Origin: Octopus sinensis | Lineage: Eukaryota | Direction: 5' to 3' | Assembly: GCF_006345805.1 (NCBI RefSeq) | Contig: NW_021833653.1 | Location: 1-62,954, forward strand | Length of the DNA stretch: 62,954 bases | Part shown: positions 25,972 through 39,159 of the stretch, one piece after another | How the letters are laid out: each line of letters opens with the position of its first letter | Numbering within the stretch: the stretch's first letter is position 1 | Position numbers and translations under genes: made by a program | The notes under the pieces: model-generated | The model's database searches: none | The model's input: only the letters and a program-made list of their open reading frames with translations | What the model was told of the DNA's origin: nothing

Positions 25972-26699
25972 ACATAAACACGCATACCATACGCATATAT
26001 ATTTTCAAATGGGTTTCTGGTACATACACATAAGTCTTACACACATATTTACACCAATAGACGCAAAAGCACGTGACATAAATTTCTTCACAAAATAATT
26101 GCAAAACCATGCACAGGTGATTATTCTACAATGATATATAGGTAAGTACATATACACAGATGCATACACAGGTAAGCACATATACATTTATACATACATA
26201 CACACATACGTACGTACACACACACACACGAACAAATATATATATATATATATATACCCATATAGATAGATTAATAGTTTTAAGAGACAGAACCACCTTC
26301 GAGAAACTCAGTCAACATTGAACGACATTATCTACAATATAAGACTATATATTATCAAAATTGATATCTGCAATTACTATTCTGAATCATATATTAAATT
26401 ACATAGACAACGCGCGTTTCATGACAATATATCAATTGGTAGTGCTGAAATAGAAGGTCTCGAAATTCTATACAATATCAGTCCGACTGTACTGCCAATC
26501 TTCAGGTCTGGATTATATAAAACTATTTTACTATTTATAACCTGTATAACGCCATGACAATCAAAATTATACAACTAGAAATCGTCGCAATAATAAGGAA
26601 TAAAATTAGAAATAATAAAGATAAGAAAAAGTAATATTATTATTATCTTTTTGGAAATTCTGTCGCCGCGAATCAATGATGGTTTCTAAGTGAACAGCG

Positions 26700-27005
26700 T
26701 ATTATCCAACCTTGAGATCTCTGTTGTAGTACTGCTGGTGTCTTTGTCAGTGCAGAACACTCCACTCTTATGTGGCTCTTCTGGCAACATCTCTAGCAGC
26801 CTGGATTTCTGCCCTCCACTATAAATCTTAATACCACCACCTCACCCACCGTTATGGTGCCGACCATTCTTTCAGTGTCCACCGGTTCAGCCTGGATGAT
26901 TATCTCCAGAGTCTGCCCTTGCCAATTCTTTGGTGGCGATCTCGTGACTTGGAGGACCTCTATCTTCTCTTCTACATTCAGTAGTATTGCAGCCACCTCC
27001 TGGGA
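26700..27005 (-). mobile_element. LINE ORF1 (gag-like, L1/Tx1 type) remnant with a CCHC zinc knuckle
   Basis: ...VVLRFIVEGRNPGC*RCCQKSHIRVEC fits Cx2Cx4Hx4C, with an in-frame stop. Confidence 0.6.
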
Positions 27006-27434
27006 ATTTCTACTTTCATGTGTATTTCCTATATTTCGCTCTTTTGCAACACGTTAAATTGCTTGGGATGTTCCTATCCGAATTTTGGCGCGTCACTTGG
27101 GTTTGTTCCTATAATAAAAGTTTCATTTTATAATACGTTACGTGTAACGTTTCGTCTATTTGGATCGTTGTTTTCGCTAGTGGTGTTTTTAATAGGTTAG
27201 GCTTTATCAAATAGAGCTGTATAACGCAGTTATTTGCTTGAGTTCCGTGAAGCATTTTAGAGAGGATCAGCAAACTCCAAGGTTCGGACGAAGTTCAATA
27301 TGTTGCTTCACCTGTGGACGCTACAAAACGTCGAAAGATCCTCACGAGAGGACGCGCGTCTATGCAGTCACACAGTTTGCTAGAAAGCTTTAATCTTCTA
27401 CAAATAATATATGCACATATGATATTATTTTAGT

Positions 27435-27600
27435 TGTTTCGTTTGTTTTTATGTTCTGAGTTCAAATTCAACCGCGGTGGACTTTGCCTTTCATCCTTTC
27501 GGGGTCGATATATTAAGTACCAATTTCGTACCAGAGTCGATCTAATCGACTGCCCTCCTCCCCCAAATTTCGGGCTTTGTGCCTGGAGTAGAAACGAATA
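27435..27600 (+). mobile_element. SINE family C fragment
   Basis: Homology to other copies. Confidence 0.8.
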
Positions 27601-27782
27601 TTATAGTTATGTTCAATTACAGTTCATTTCCGCATGGCGGCTTATTGGAAACAACAATATCAGGCTAATGTTACACTTCAGTAAGAAGACAGTTAAATCT
27701 GAATGTGCAATATCCCTTCTTTTGCCATATTTGTTTTTGGATTCATGGGGCGAGTTCAGTGACTTTTGAACTGTGAATCATA

Positions 27783-28018
27783 CAGGGTGTTTAAAAAGTC
27801 TCTCCGCAATGAAGGAAGTGCTCACGTGGCAGTAAAAATGTAATTAAATTTTATGTGTTGAGAAATGAAGGACGACACTTTCAACACTTCTTATAAAGGT
27901 TTTTAAAGTCTTGTAAAGTCTAATATATTCTTTTGTAGTCTTTTACCATCTTATAAATATTTATTTGCTTTATTTTGCAATAAAATACTTACTGTGGAGA
28001 GACTTCTGGAAAAACCTG
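27783..28018 (+). mobile_element. Tc1/mariner-derived MITE (236 bp) with TA TSD
   Basis: Terminal inverted repeats (TIRs) cagggtgtttaaaaagtctctccgca and reverse-complement caggtttttccagaagtctctccaca; internal NEGRHFQHFL* resembles a transposase C-terminus. Confidence 0.75.
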
Positions 28019-29584
28019 TATAATAAACCGTGAAAAATATAAAGATGTAATTTCTTATATAAACATAAGTAGCATCTATTATATTACTTTTGAGAGTCAT
28101 GGGCTTAAGGCGCAAAATCGAATTCAATGAATCTATAACAATATGACGATAAAATTCAATAAGCCAATAACGGGTTTCAACTTCAATGTAATTTGATGAA
28201 GTGACAAGGGCGTATGTCAAGCAATTTTTATGGTTAATATAATTACAATTTTGAAATCTTCGAGAGATTCGAAAGAAATTAATTATAAAAGTGGAACTCA
28301 GAGTACGTAAAGCTGTAAATAAAAGCGTGAAGTATATTGGGGATTAAAAAAATTGTGCAGGAAAATAGTCTGATGACTACCTTAAGGAAACATCTTCGTG
28401 TCCCATGGGCAACCTTTGATATTTTTGTATACATCTGCTTTTTTGTTATCCAATATTCTACATGATATTATTTATCTATTTCAATTTCCACTGCTAGATA
28501 TGATTTACTTCGTTTTTATTTTGCATATTTTGAGGTTCAACGAAAGTTGAGCTTACAAAAACTCCAGAATACAATGCATTTTTATTAGTTTATTTTGGAA
28601 CATAAAAACATTAATGAAACAAAGCAAACCTGGATGAAATCGAAACCTAAACACATAAATTAGATTTTAAATTAGTTACGCGAACGCTATTTGTTGTGTT
28701 TATTTTGGGGTTAAAAATTTTAAAAGATAAAGCAGACTATGGTGAAATTCGAAACAAACAAATTTATAAGAATGTAACAGAAATATCGAGGTGCATTTAT
28801 ACTACAATTTTTATATCTGTGTCCGGGAGTTGAAGAGAGGTCAAATCATCATCGATGAAATTCCAACCAAAAATTGAAATAAAAATCGTGGCTAATTTGC
28901 GCTAATGGATTTTGTTATTCTTTTTGAATTCTATGTTTAATTACGCTACACGCTATCTTTTCTAGCATTTCATTAAGCATCTCCCATATTTCCATTTGAA
29001 ACTCTATCATACACAATTAGAATTCAACATCATAAATAACACCGCTTTTTTCAACGTCTCATCTGAACAAAGACGGAAATAGAATATCATATCCAGATGG
29101 TGGCATTAACAGAGATGACGGGCAGAGGCTGGTGGCGGATTTATAAATCACATATAAAATGTAATAGACAAATACGTAAAAATATAACAAATATCAACAC
29201 GAAGTCATATCAGCAATTCGTATTTGAAATATAACTATGCTAATAAGATATTTTAATTTAAAATCATCACGACTGACGGCCTATCTTTTATAGTATTTCT
29301 AAATGTATGTGTATATGTCTGTGCGTCCTTTAATCTCAGCCTGTCTCAATTTACAGTATTTTTACAATAAAAGTTTCCATTTTTATTCTCATTCATTTGC
29401 TGACATTTGACGTTGTTGTTGTTGTTGTTGTTGTCGTTCCTGTTGATGCCTTAGCAGTTCTTAAAATGAGACTGCATCAATTATGATGCTGCCACTGCTG
29501 CTGTTGCCGCGGTTGTTGTTGGTAGTGGCAGTGAGGACAGGAATAACAACAATTATAACAATAAGAACAACAATAAAAAATGAC

Positions 29585-29613
29585 AGCAATAATGATAATA
29601 ACAACAGTAGTAA

Positions 29614-29660
<47 letters not shown>

Positions 29661-29790
29661 ATAATAATAATAATAATAAGAAGAAGAAGAAGAAGAATAA
29701 ATAGAAGAAGAAGAAGAAGAAGAAGAAGAAGAAGAACAACAACAACAACAAGACGAACAAGAAGAAGAAGAAGAAGAAGATTGATAATAA
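29585..29790. repeat. Compound trinucleotide array (AAT, ACT, AAT, AAG, AAC, AAG)
   Basis: Seen directly in the sequence. Confidence 0.95.
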
Positions 29791-30072
29791 ATAAGTACGA
29801 AATAGCCCGGCTATGGAAAATGAAGAAGGTGAAGATAGTTCCAATTATTGTTGGGTCCTTGGAAACAGAATCGGAAGAAATCGAGAGGAATATAAAGGAA
29901 ATTGGAATAAAGTGACCAGCAGAACTGTTACAAAGGTTTACCTCTTTGGCACGGTCAGAAAAATCAGGAAAGCATTAGATATCTGAAAAGAATCGATAGC
30001 ATGGTACTGTAGGCTGCAGGTAGTGAGCCCACTAGGCATGCAAGACTCCAGGTGCTCCAACAAAACCTGTGA
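29790..30072 (+). mobile_element. R4/Dong LINE 3' fragment
   Basis: KYEIARLWKMKKVKIVPIIVGSLET...NIKEIGIK*PAELLQ...GTVRKIRKALDI*. Confidence 0.8.
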
Positions 30073-30075
30073 TAA

Positions 30076-30368
30076 AAGATCGTGGTTTCATTCCCAGATC
30101 GGGTGTTGTGAGTGTTTATTGAGCGAAAACACTTAAAGCTCCTCGAAGCTCCGGCAGAGGGGTGGCAACCCCTACTGTACTCTTTCACAAAAACTTTTTC
30201 TCACTCTTTCTTCCTGTTTCTGTTGTACCCGTATTTCAAAGGAACCAGCATTGTCACATTCTGTGTCATGCTGAATTGCGCCGAGAACCTACGTTAAGGG
30301 TACACGCGTCTGTGGAGTGTTCAGCCACTTGCACCTTAACCCACGTCGTCGTAACTGACGGAGTGCCA
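30076..30368 (+). mobile_element. SINE family B, 5'-truncated with an internal deletion
   Basis: Homology to other copies. Confidence 0.8.
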
Positions 30369-30665
30369 CGTAATTGCTGTTTTTGTTAGTGGTCGTGCTA
30401 GTAATTGTGATGGTTCTGTAGTGGTAGTAGCAGTAACAGTAGTAGTAGTAGTAGTTGCTGTTAAAATTGCGCTTAACAATATTCCTATCATTTTATTGTT
30501 CATATATTGGGTTATAATTTTCATTCCAATGTTCTGAATATTTGTTTCCCTTTTTTCTTGAAGAGTTTGTGTATATATATGTGTGTGTATGTGTGTGTGT
30601 GCACGTGTGTGTGTATAAATATGTATGTATATATATGTGTATGTATGTGAGTGTATCTGACTACA

Positions 30666-30699
<34 letters not shown>

Positions 30700-30708
<9 letters not shown>

Positions 30709-31208
30709 GTGTCTGTCTGTCTGTCTGTGAGTTCAGGGTTACTCTAACTCTTAACATACTGTCCAACATATTTTACGGACTTTTGACACATAGGTAGATC
30801 ACATGCCCAAAAGTTCAAAGAAGGCTGGAATTTTTAGAAAACTCGATAATACTCAGTTGGCATCGATTTTTGTGAGCTCAATTAGGCGTTTGAATGGAAA
30901 TTCCCATAACGATGTTATTTTTCCAGCAGCTTTTGCATTTTTTGTCTGATTTTGATGAAAATCGATGAGTGGGCGAGGCACATGGCAGTAGGTACATGTC
31001 AGTATATAGCGTTGATAAGAAATTGATAATTGCGCCTGAGTAGTGGTTTTATAAAATTAACAGGGTTTTTTGTGCGGATTTTATTTTTGGCCGTAACTTT
31101 TATATTTTTCATTCAATTTTAATGAAATTTGAGATGTAGGTAAATTTTCTGTTTAGGAGAAACGGTAAAAGTTTTAATTTAACTCCAGAGGAATCGGAAG
31201 GGCACTAG
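30700..31208 (+). mobile_element. Possible non-autonomous Helitron/Helentron-like remnant
   Basis: (GTCT)n near the 5' end, repeated ..gatttt(g/a)atgaaa motifs, and a cactag end; no clear terminal hairpin. Confidence 0.3.
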
Positions 31209-32117
31209 CGTACATAAGCTTTTCCAGAGACTATTCTATCGATTTTTAAGATATGTTACACGTGATTTCAGTTCAAGCTCATAAGGTGAATGCGGCATGT
31301 AGAATTGAAAAAAAAATCGATAATTGCGCGTAAGCAGGGAAATATAAAATTTTATTTTCCATATTTATTTTCATGTTTTTATAATAATTACTGGCATCCT
31401 TATATATTATTATATTTTATATGTTATATGTTATATGTAAAGAACAATATGTTATTTATATGTATGTATATTATTGTAATTATCAGTTTAGTAAATAAAG
31501 AAATAAGTTAATATTATATAATGTCTAAAAGTTTATGAACCACCCATTGTTCTCCTCCTTTAAATATTGCTGTATATATATATATATATATATATATAAC
31601 TATAATAAATATATATATATATAAAATGATTTAACCACAGTAAATAGTAATAATATATAGAAATATATATATTATATAGGATTCTACATATATTATATTT
31701 CATATATAGAAATCTTACATATATATTATACATAGATAATATATATTATACATATATATATATATACATATATATACATATATATATATGCATATATATA
31801 CATTATATATTATATATAATATATATATACATTAATATACATATATATAATCATATATATACACATATATACAATATATACATATATATAATATATTTAT
31901 ACACATATATACATATATATACGTATATATACATAAATATACATATATGTATAATATATATATATGCACATATATACATATATATATATACATATTATAT
32001 ATATCTAATATATATATATATAAATATATATAATATACATATATATATTTATATTTATAATATATATATAATATATATTATATATATATAATATATATGT
32101 ACGTATATATATGTACG

Positions 32118-32176
<59 letters not shown>

Positions 32177-32573
32177 GAGAGAGAGAGAAAGAGAGAGGAA
32201 AGATGAGCGGGAAAACAGAGTAACAGATTGATATAGATTTAACGTTTAACTTAGTTTGTGTGTACATTATTATGCGATCTTATGTCTTGATTTAAAATGG
32301 GGTGTTTTTCCGGTTTAAAAAATTCTTTCATTATATATTTCTTTAAATATTTTGTTTATTCGACACATATTTTGTTTTCTTTATTCGAGATATTTTTTGT
32401 TCCAAATGGTAATTTCTGTTTTTTTTTTTTTCATGTTTTATTTCTAAACACAGATAATGGATCCAAGCCATAAATAACTTTTATCATGGAAATCTTAATA
32501 AAGAATTTAGAGATCGGTAGAAAATGAAATTTAAAAAATTAAGTAAACCTTGTATTCTCTCCTTCAGGCTCCA

Positions 32574-32686
<113 letters not shown>

Positions 32687-32774
32687 CCCTTCTTTCTCTT
32701 AAACACACGAATACATGCGTAATTATACACACACGGAGAGGCACACACAAGCGCAAAAACACAAACACTCGCAA

Positions 32775-32807
<33 letters not shown>

Positions 32808-33209
32808 CACACACACATACATATATATATATACATACATACACATGTATTATATATGTGTGTGTGTGTGTGTCGTATCGTGTGTGGGTATCGTGTCGTG
32901 TGTATGTGTGTGTCTAGGAACAAATATATATTCAAGTAGGTACACGTGCACCATGAACACATCCATGTGCACAAACTCCCCACACACACATGCGCACACA
33001 GTCTAAACATATTTAATTTGTCGTGATGCCTTTCACGCACCCTCGTTCCTTCATGCATGGGCAATATACTTCCTATTATCTCCCTTTCTCATTTTCTCTA
33101 TACTCTCTTTCTTTCCCCCCCCCATCATTTCTTAGATTCCTGCAAATTATATGTATCTTTTCTCTCATTCAGAATATAGCAATCAACACGCAGTTAATAC
33201 ACATTAGCA

Positions 33210-33247
<38 letters not shown>

Positions 33248-34130
33248 ATACACGAACATATACATATCTATATATATATACACACAAACATATACATACA
33301 TATAGGTATATATATGTATGTGTAAAGACATACGTGCATAAACTTTTTGATAGATAATTCAGTGCCAAATCTATCACCTCCAAATACAAAGCTGTAACAT
33401 CATCAAAAGCTATTACTGCCACACCACCGCATTTACCCAACCATCACCCCCCCCAGCGCTACCATCAACAACAACATTCGACTTAAATGGCAATAATACC
33501 GCCATTAGCCGACTCTATCCGTCAATTATACCATTAAAATACGTGGCGCCACTATCGATATCGTATGCAGTAAACCGCTCCCACGAGCGCCCTCGCCAAC
33601 TCTGGCACTATCGTAAGGTTGGTAGAAGTATAATGGTTGTTTTTAAACGTGGAAATAAAAGCAATATATCTCATCGCAGAGAAGACAATATAATACAAAT
33701 AATCACCATTAAACCGATTTATTTACAGAGGTAACATAGGATTTTGAAGTTTTGGAATCGAAAAATAATCTGAAGAATTTTGAGCTGTTTGTTGCAGGAA
33801 GAGGGAGGGAAACTATAAAATGTTTATTTGCTGAAGTTACACGAAAACAATGCAGAAGAATTTAGATTCACTTATGAATCTAAGAAAACCTTCAGCTTTT
33901 GTTATTGTAGTGTTTCATGCTGACGAGACCCAAGGATGCCGAAATACTGGATGTCCCAGAATCCATTAAACTTATGAATCATATGTGTTATGAAGACATA
34001 TTGATTGTAAAGAAAAAGTTGTTCTCCTAAGAAGAAACACAGCAACGATTAGAATATTCCTGCACGAATCTCCTGGTTTCGGTCGGCCTTCATATTTTCT
34101 AGATAAATTAGTAAAAAAAGAGTTGCCTCT

Positions 34131-35230
34131 TTAGTTTGCCACTTGGTCAAAGGATGCATAGTTCATGTTTATGTTATTTGGTGTTATGACTTTCCCATAG
34201 TTCCGCTCTCGTTCTTTGGTTGTAGGAGGTGAAATGTGGTTGCATTTTGTTTTTGTTGTTGTCGTAGGTCTCCTCTGTTGCTGTTTATAGTTATTTTTCG
34301 ATCGTTTTGTGCCCTTTAGATGGTCGTGGTTGCATTCTGGGTTCAAGCACATCCTTAGTGACACAGAAATTTGGCACAATTTAGAATGGAAGAAGGTGCC
34401 TCCATATTTAGTATCAGGGCCATTGACTCTGTATTTAGGACAGTATTTGGGGTGGAAGTAAGGGCAGTTTTTCCCGTTATACCATATGGACAGGTGCCCT
34501 TAACAAGTCTACGGCATAAGGTAGGATGGAAAAAAGCACAGCGTCCCTTGTTGGTGCCGCTGGGGCCAAATCTACATTTGCCTTCAGAATGGTAACGACA
34601 AAGTTTTTGACGTGGGCATAGTAGAGGTTTTTCTATACTCGCAAGCTCGATAGTCAGTCAGTGGTCCTATTGTAGTATCAGTAGCAGACTTGTTGTTGTT
34701 GATGTTGCTGTAGTGGCTGTGAAACGTGACTTGCAACAGTAGGGTTGGGTGGAATCAGGCCAGATAGTGGTGCCAAACAAGGTGCTGCCAATGTAGTGGC
34801 AGTAGCAGGCTGTTGTTGTGGTAGTGAGTCTTGGCTTGCCAAGGTAGTGTTGGGTGGAATTAGGTCAGATAGCGATATTAATGAGGATGCTGTTTGTTGC
34901 TGGCTAGCGGGTTGTTGAAGTGACCCCTGACCTGCTGGAGTTGGGTCAGTTGGTGCACTACATTCATTGACATGTATAGCTTCTAGTGTTGCCATGTGCG
35001 CGTGTGAATGATGAAATGATCTTATGATTTCTTTTGTTGTTTTCGATCTGTTTTACAGATCTGTAAAAGGATTGTTTTGCTAATTTTTCAGCGATTTTTC
35101 CGTAGACATTAGCTATTACAGATTCGTTATGGTGAGTGTACCAAGCGTTTAAGAGTGCATTGATTTCGGTTCCTAGCCAGTGGCTTTTTAGAATATTATT
35201 GGCCATATTCTGTGGGACAGTATTATACAA
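34131..35230 (-). pseudogene. Decayed ORF with a Myb/SANT-like (trihelix) domain, a P/Q-rich linker and tandem CCCH zinc fingers; probably a LINE ORF1
   Basis: WLGTEINALLNAW...VYGKIAEKLAKQSFYRSVKQIENNK, then across frameshifts CRYHSEGKCRFGPSGTNKGRCAFFHPTLCRRLVKGTCPYGITGK/CPYFHPKYC...FFHSKLCQISVSLRMCLNPECNHDHLKGTKR (34600-34302). Confidence 0.65.
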
Positions 35231-36073
35231 TGTGCGTCTGTTATTGATGACTTGATGTATAATCGTGAATGCACCGTTGAAAAGTTAGTGTCGATATATT
35301 CGGAAATATATCTGGGTGTGTGTGGGAAAGTTCAGTGTATTTAGTACAAATCAGAACGAGCGGTGTGTTTAATACAAATCAAGAGAATAGAATTGTACTC
35401 ACGGGACTAGTTTTAAAACTAGACTTGGGTTTAGTTTTGGTTTATATTTGTTTCTTCAGATTGTATATAAATTTGTGTAAATTTATCCTTCGATGATAGT
35501 AAAATAGTAGAACTAGTACTAGTAGGACTAAAAACAAGGAGAGTTACTGCTGGTATCAGTTATTTATATATAAACGCACATTTTCAGGTTAGAAGATACA
35601 TATACATATATAAAACCTCAAGATATCTATGTATTATATATATATATATCTTGAGGTTTTATATATATATATATATATATACATATATATAATATTAAAT
35701 TAGAGATAAAACCACTATTAGGCAAATCAAACAATTAAAAACATAAGCCAACACATAAAATTAATTTAATTTATATTATTTTAAATATATATCAAAAGTA
35801 TTAAATTCGCACATATATACGAAGAAAAATCTGGACCTCCATTTCAACCATTGGGTTATTTAATCGGAATAATTCGGCAGCAAATATATTTGTGGAGTGA
35901 ATTAATATATATTTATACATAATTAGGCTAAAGTCATTATTTAATGATTTATCGGTGACCAGCGTACTAACAAGACCATAATGGCCTAATTTATATTTTT
36001 AATTATAATTGGCCGGTAAAAGACAAAGTCCGGATTTGAACTAAAAACATAAAGATTGAAGGATTGCCTCTAG

Positions 36074-37045
36074 TCTTTTACTTGTTTCAGTCATTTGCCT
36101 GCGGACATGCTGGAGCATAGCCTTGAAGCGTTTTAGTCAGAGAAATCGATTCCAGGAATTTTTAATGCTTGGTTCTTAATCTATCGGTATCTTTTGCCGA
36201 AACGCTAAGTTACGACGGCATAAACACCGGTTGTCAAATGGTAGTGCAGAAACACAGACACAAACACCTACACACACACGCACAGAATGTATGTACGTAT
36301 TTCTTTACTACCCACAAGGGGCTAAACACAGAGGGGACGAACAAGGACAGACAAACTAATTAAGTCGATTACATCGACCCCAGTGCGTAACTGGTACTTA
36401 ATTTATCGACCCCGAAAGGATGAATGACAAAGTCGACCTCGGCGGAATTTGAACTCAGAACGTAGCGACAGACGAAATACCTATTTCTTTATTACCCACA
36501 AGGGGCTAAACAGAGAGGGGACAAACAAGGACAGACATAGGTATTAAGTCGATTACATCGACCCCAGTGCGTAACTGGTACTTGATTTATCGACCCCGAA
36601 AGGATGAAAGGCAAAGTCGACCTCGGCGGAATTTGAACTCAGAACGTAGTGACAGACGAAATACCTATTTCTTTATTACCCACAAGGGGCTAAACATAGA
36701 GGGGACAAACAAGGACAGACATAGGTATTAAGTCGATTACATCGACCCCAGTGCGTAACTGGTACTTAATTTATCAACCCCGAAAGGATGAATGGCAAAG
36801 TCGACCTCGGCGGAATTTGAACTCAGAACGTAGCGACAGACGAAATACCGCCAAGCATTTCGTCCGACGTGCTAACGTTTCTGCCAGCTCAGGCTTCTTT
36901 GGGCTTCCATTTGCCAAATCCATTCACCAGGCTTTAGTCGGGCCGAGGCCATATTAGATGGCAGTTGCTCAAGGTGTCACACATTGCAACGAAACCCGGA
37001 ACCACGTGACTGGGAAGCAAGCTTCTCGCCATACATCAACGCCTG
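36074..37045 (-). mobile_element. Old SINE A split by a SINE C trimer
   Basis: 3' half lies at 36074-36280 and 5' half at 36892-37045. Confidence 0.75.
36298..36890 (-). mobile_element. Head-to-tail SINE C trimer with a 184-bp period
   Basis: Near-identical units start at 36298, 36482 and 36666. Confidence 0.9.
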
Positions 37046-37375
37046 TAAAAAAAACATAGTTAAGCATTCAGAATCAGGTCCGATACGAAGCATCAGCTGT
37101 ATGCTTATCTACTTTGCAGTCTTATGTTTTCAAGTTCTGTAATAAATAATTATAAGGTTATAAATGAAACGATGTTTGTTGTAAATAGTTTTTTTCTTTT
37201 CGAGAACTTAATCCCAAGAGTCTGGAAAATAACAAGTAAATATGATGAGCGGCATTATCTGTTCTAACTTTTCTTTCCCTTTTATTCACTGAAAGGTAGA
37301 TAGATAAATAGATAGATAGATAGATAGATAGACAGATAGACAGACAGATATATAGTTACATAGACGGATAGACAC

Positions 37376-37436
<61 letters not shown>

Positions 37437-37831
37437 CAAGCAGACAAATATATTACTAGACAGATTAATATACATATACGCATATATATATGTATATATA
37501 TATATATATATATACATGTGTGTGTGTGTGTGTGTAGACACTCATGGTTGGTATAGAAAGAAAGAAAGAATTTCTGAGTACGATCCGAGAGCTAGATTAG
37601 CATCTGTTTCAGGTCTCTGGAGTCTGTGGTTACTGACAAATACGGACGCATCAGTTCACGTACATAAGCAAACACACACACACAACATACACACACACAC
37701 ACACAACATACACACACACACACATATATATATATATTCTCTGAAGCACAGAATCGCATAAATGTAAATATATATTGATTATTTTCAAAGTTTTGGCAAA
37801 TGTTCACCTGCTACTTATTGTATCAACCCCT

Positions 37832-37951
37832 ACAAACTGAAAGTCGAAGTTGATCTCGGTGGAATTTGAACTCAGAACGTAAAAAAAAAACGGGCGAAAT
37901 GTCGCTCAGCATTTCGCCCGGCGTGCTAAAGGTTCTGCCATCTCGCCGCCC
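37832..37951 (-). mobile_element. SINE family C, 5' part
   Basis: Homology to other copies. Confidence 0.8.
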
Positions 37952-38001
37952 TGAATACCAATTTAACATTTTGGCACTAGGGTAGCAACACACACAGACA
38001 G

Positions 38002-38038
<37 letters not shown>

Positions 38039-38224
38039 CACACACACACAATACCGAGTTTTCAACTCGTACTTACGCTATCGATCCCGAACAGGTAAAA
38101 GGCGGAATATGAACTCAGAACGTAATGACGGACGAAACGCAGCTAAGGACATTTTCCGGCATGCTGACGTTTATACTTCCCTCTTTTATCAAGATTTTCT
38201 TTCGTTCCTCTATTCTACTATAGA

Positions 38225-38615
38225 TTTACACAAATGCCAGAACTGGGCGCCACTGCGTGGTGACAAGGACTCCAAACTCGCCATCAAGATGTAGGACAAG
38301 ATTCTGTGATAGCCTGGGCTTCCGAGGCCCACAGCTCTTCAATATCCTCCTGAAGAACCTAAGAGACCTGCATGGGGTGGATGCAGATGTCTTTAAAATG
38401 AAACTGGATCTATTCCTGTCAGGTGTCCCAGATGAACCAACTTCACGGCAGGAGGTGCAGATGAGGGCAGCTGCATCGAACTCTCTCATGCACCAAATGG
38501 CAGTTGCTAAAAAGCTTTCGTGAAGTAAAACCATGTAGCAACACCAAATGGCGGTGCCCCAGCATGGCCACAGCTCATGAGCTGAAACTAGAATCAATCA
38601 ATCAATCAATCAATC
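38225..38615 (+). mobile_element. CR1/L2-group LINE 3' end (ORF2 C-terminus, UTR and (ATCA)n tail)
   Basis: RTRFCDSLGFRGPQLFNILLKNLRDLHGVDADVFKMKLDLFLSGVPDEP...ASNSL, then ggcggtgccccagcatggccacagctcatgagctgaaac and (atca)n. Confidence 0.8.
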
Positions 38616-38781
38616 ATATATATATATATATTTGTAATGCGCATGGTAAAATTTTGGAGGGAAAAGTTACGGATTGAAACGTCTATATAGGTTTGGGCCA
38701 TGCTTGCTCTCTTCCACTATTTCGATGTCGCCTGATCGAGAAGTGGAGGTACGTAGCATTTGATAAATCTATTTTAGCGGA

Positions 38782-38855
38782 GGTTTACGCTGACGAAGGA
38801 CATGGGATTGATATTTTATTATATTCCTAATCTAGAAACTCGTTCGTAAATAACC
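38782..38855 (+). ncRNA. Degenerate hammerhead motif (variant with A-flanked stem II)
   Basis: ggtttacg-CTGACGA-A-GGA...TCT-A-GAAA-C(TCGTTC)G-TA-aataacc. Confidence 0.5.
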
Positions 38856-39159
38856 GTTAGACTTTGTTTTCGTTATTTCTTCCTTCTGTTTTGCATATGT
38901 GAATTACAGGGATATGTCGTATGTGGAGTCTTATTTGTAGAAAATAGAAATAGACAGTATTTGACTGCTATTTCTAATTTTTTCAGTATGTGGCTAAGCA
39001 ACCTGTTGCCTGCCTTTTTTATTTATATACAATATATATATATATTATATATATATATTATATATATATATTATATAATAAATTAATAAATAAAACATAT
39101 GCATATATACATACATATATGTACGTACCTACCTCTACATGTATATATACATGCATATA

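Noticed and set aside
33780-33840. zf-RVT-like peptide VCCRKREETIKCLFAE on +
   Set aside because: Too short, and it lacks the conserved His/Cys residues.
36298-36890. CRISPR-like or satellite array
   Set aside because: The units are SINE C bodies with no unique spacers, in a eukaryotic context.
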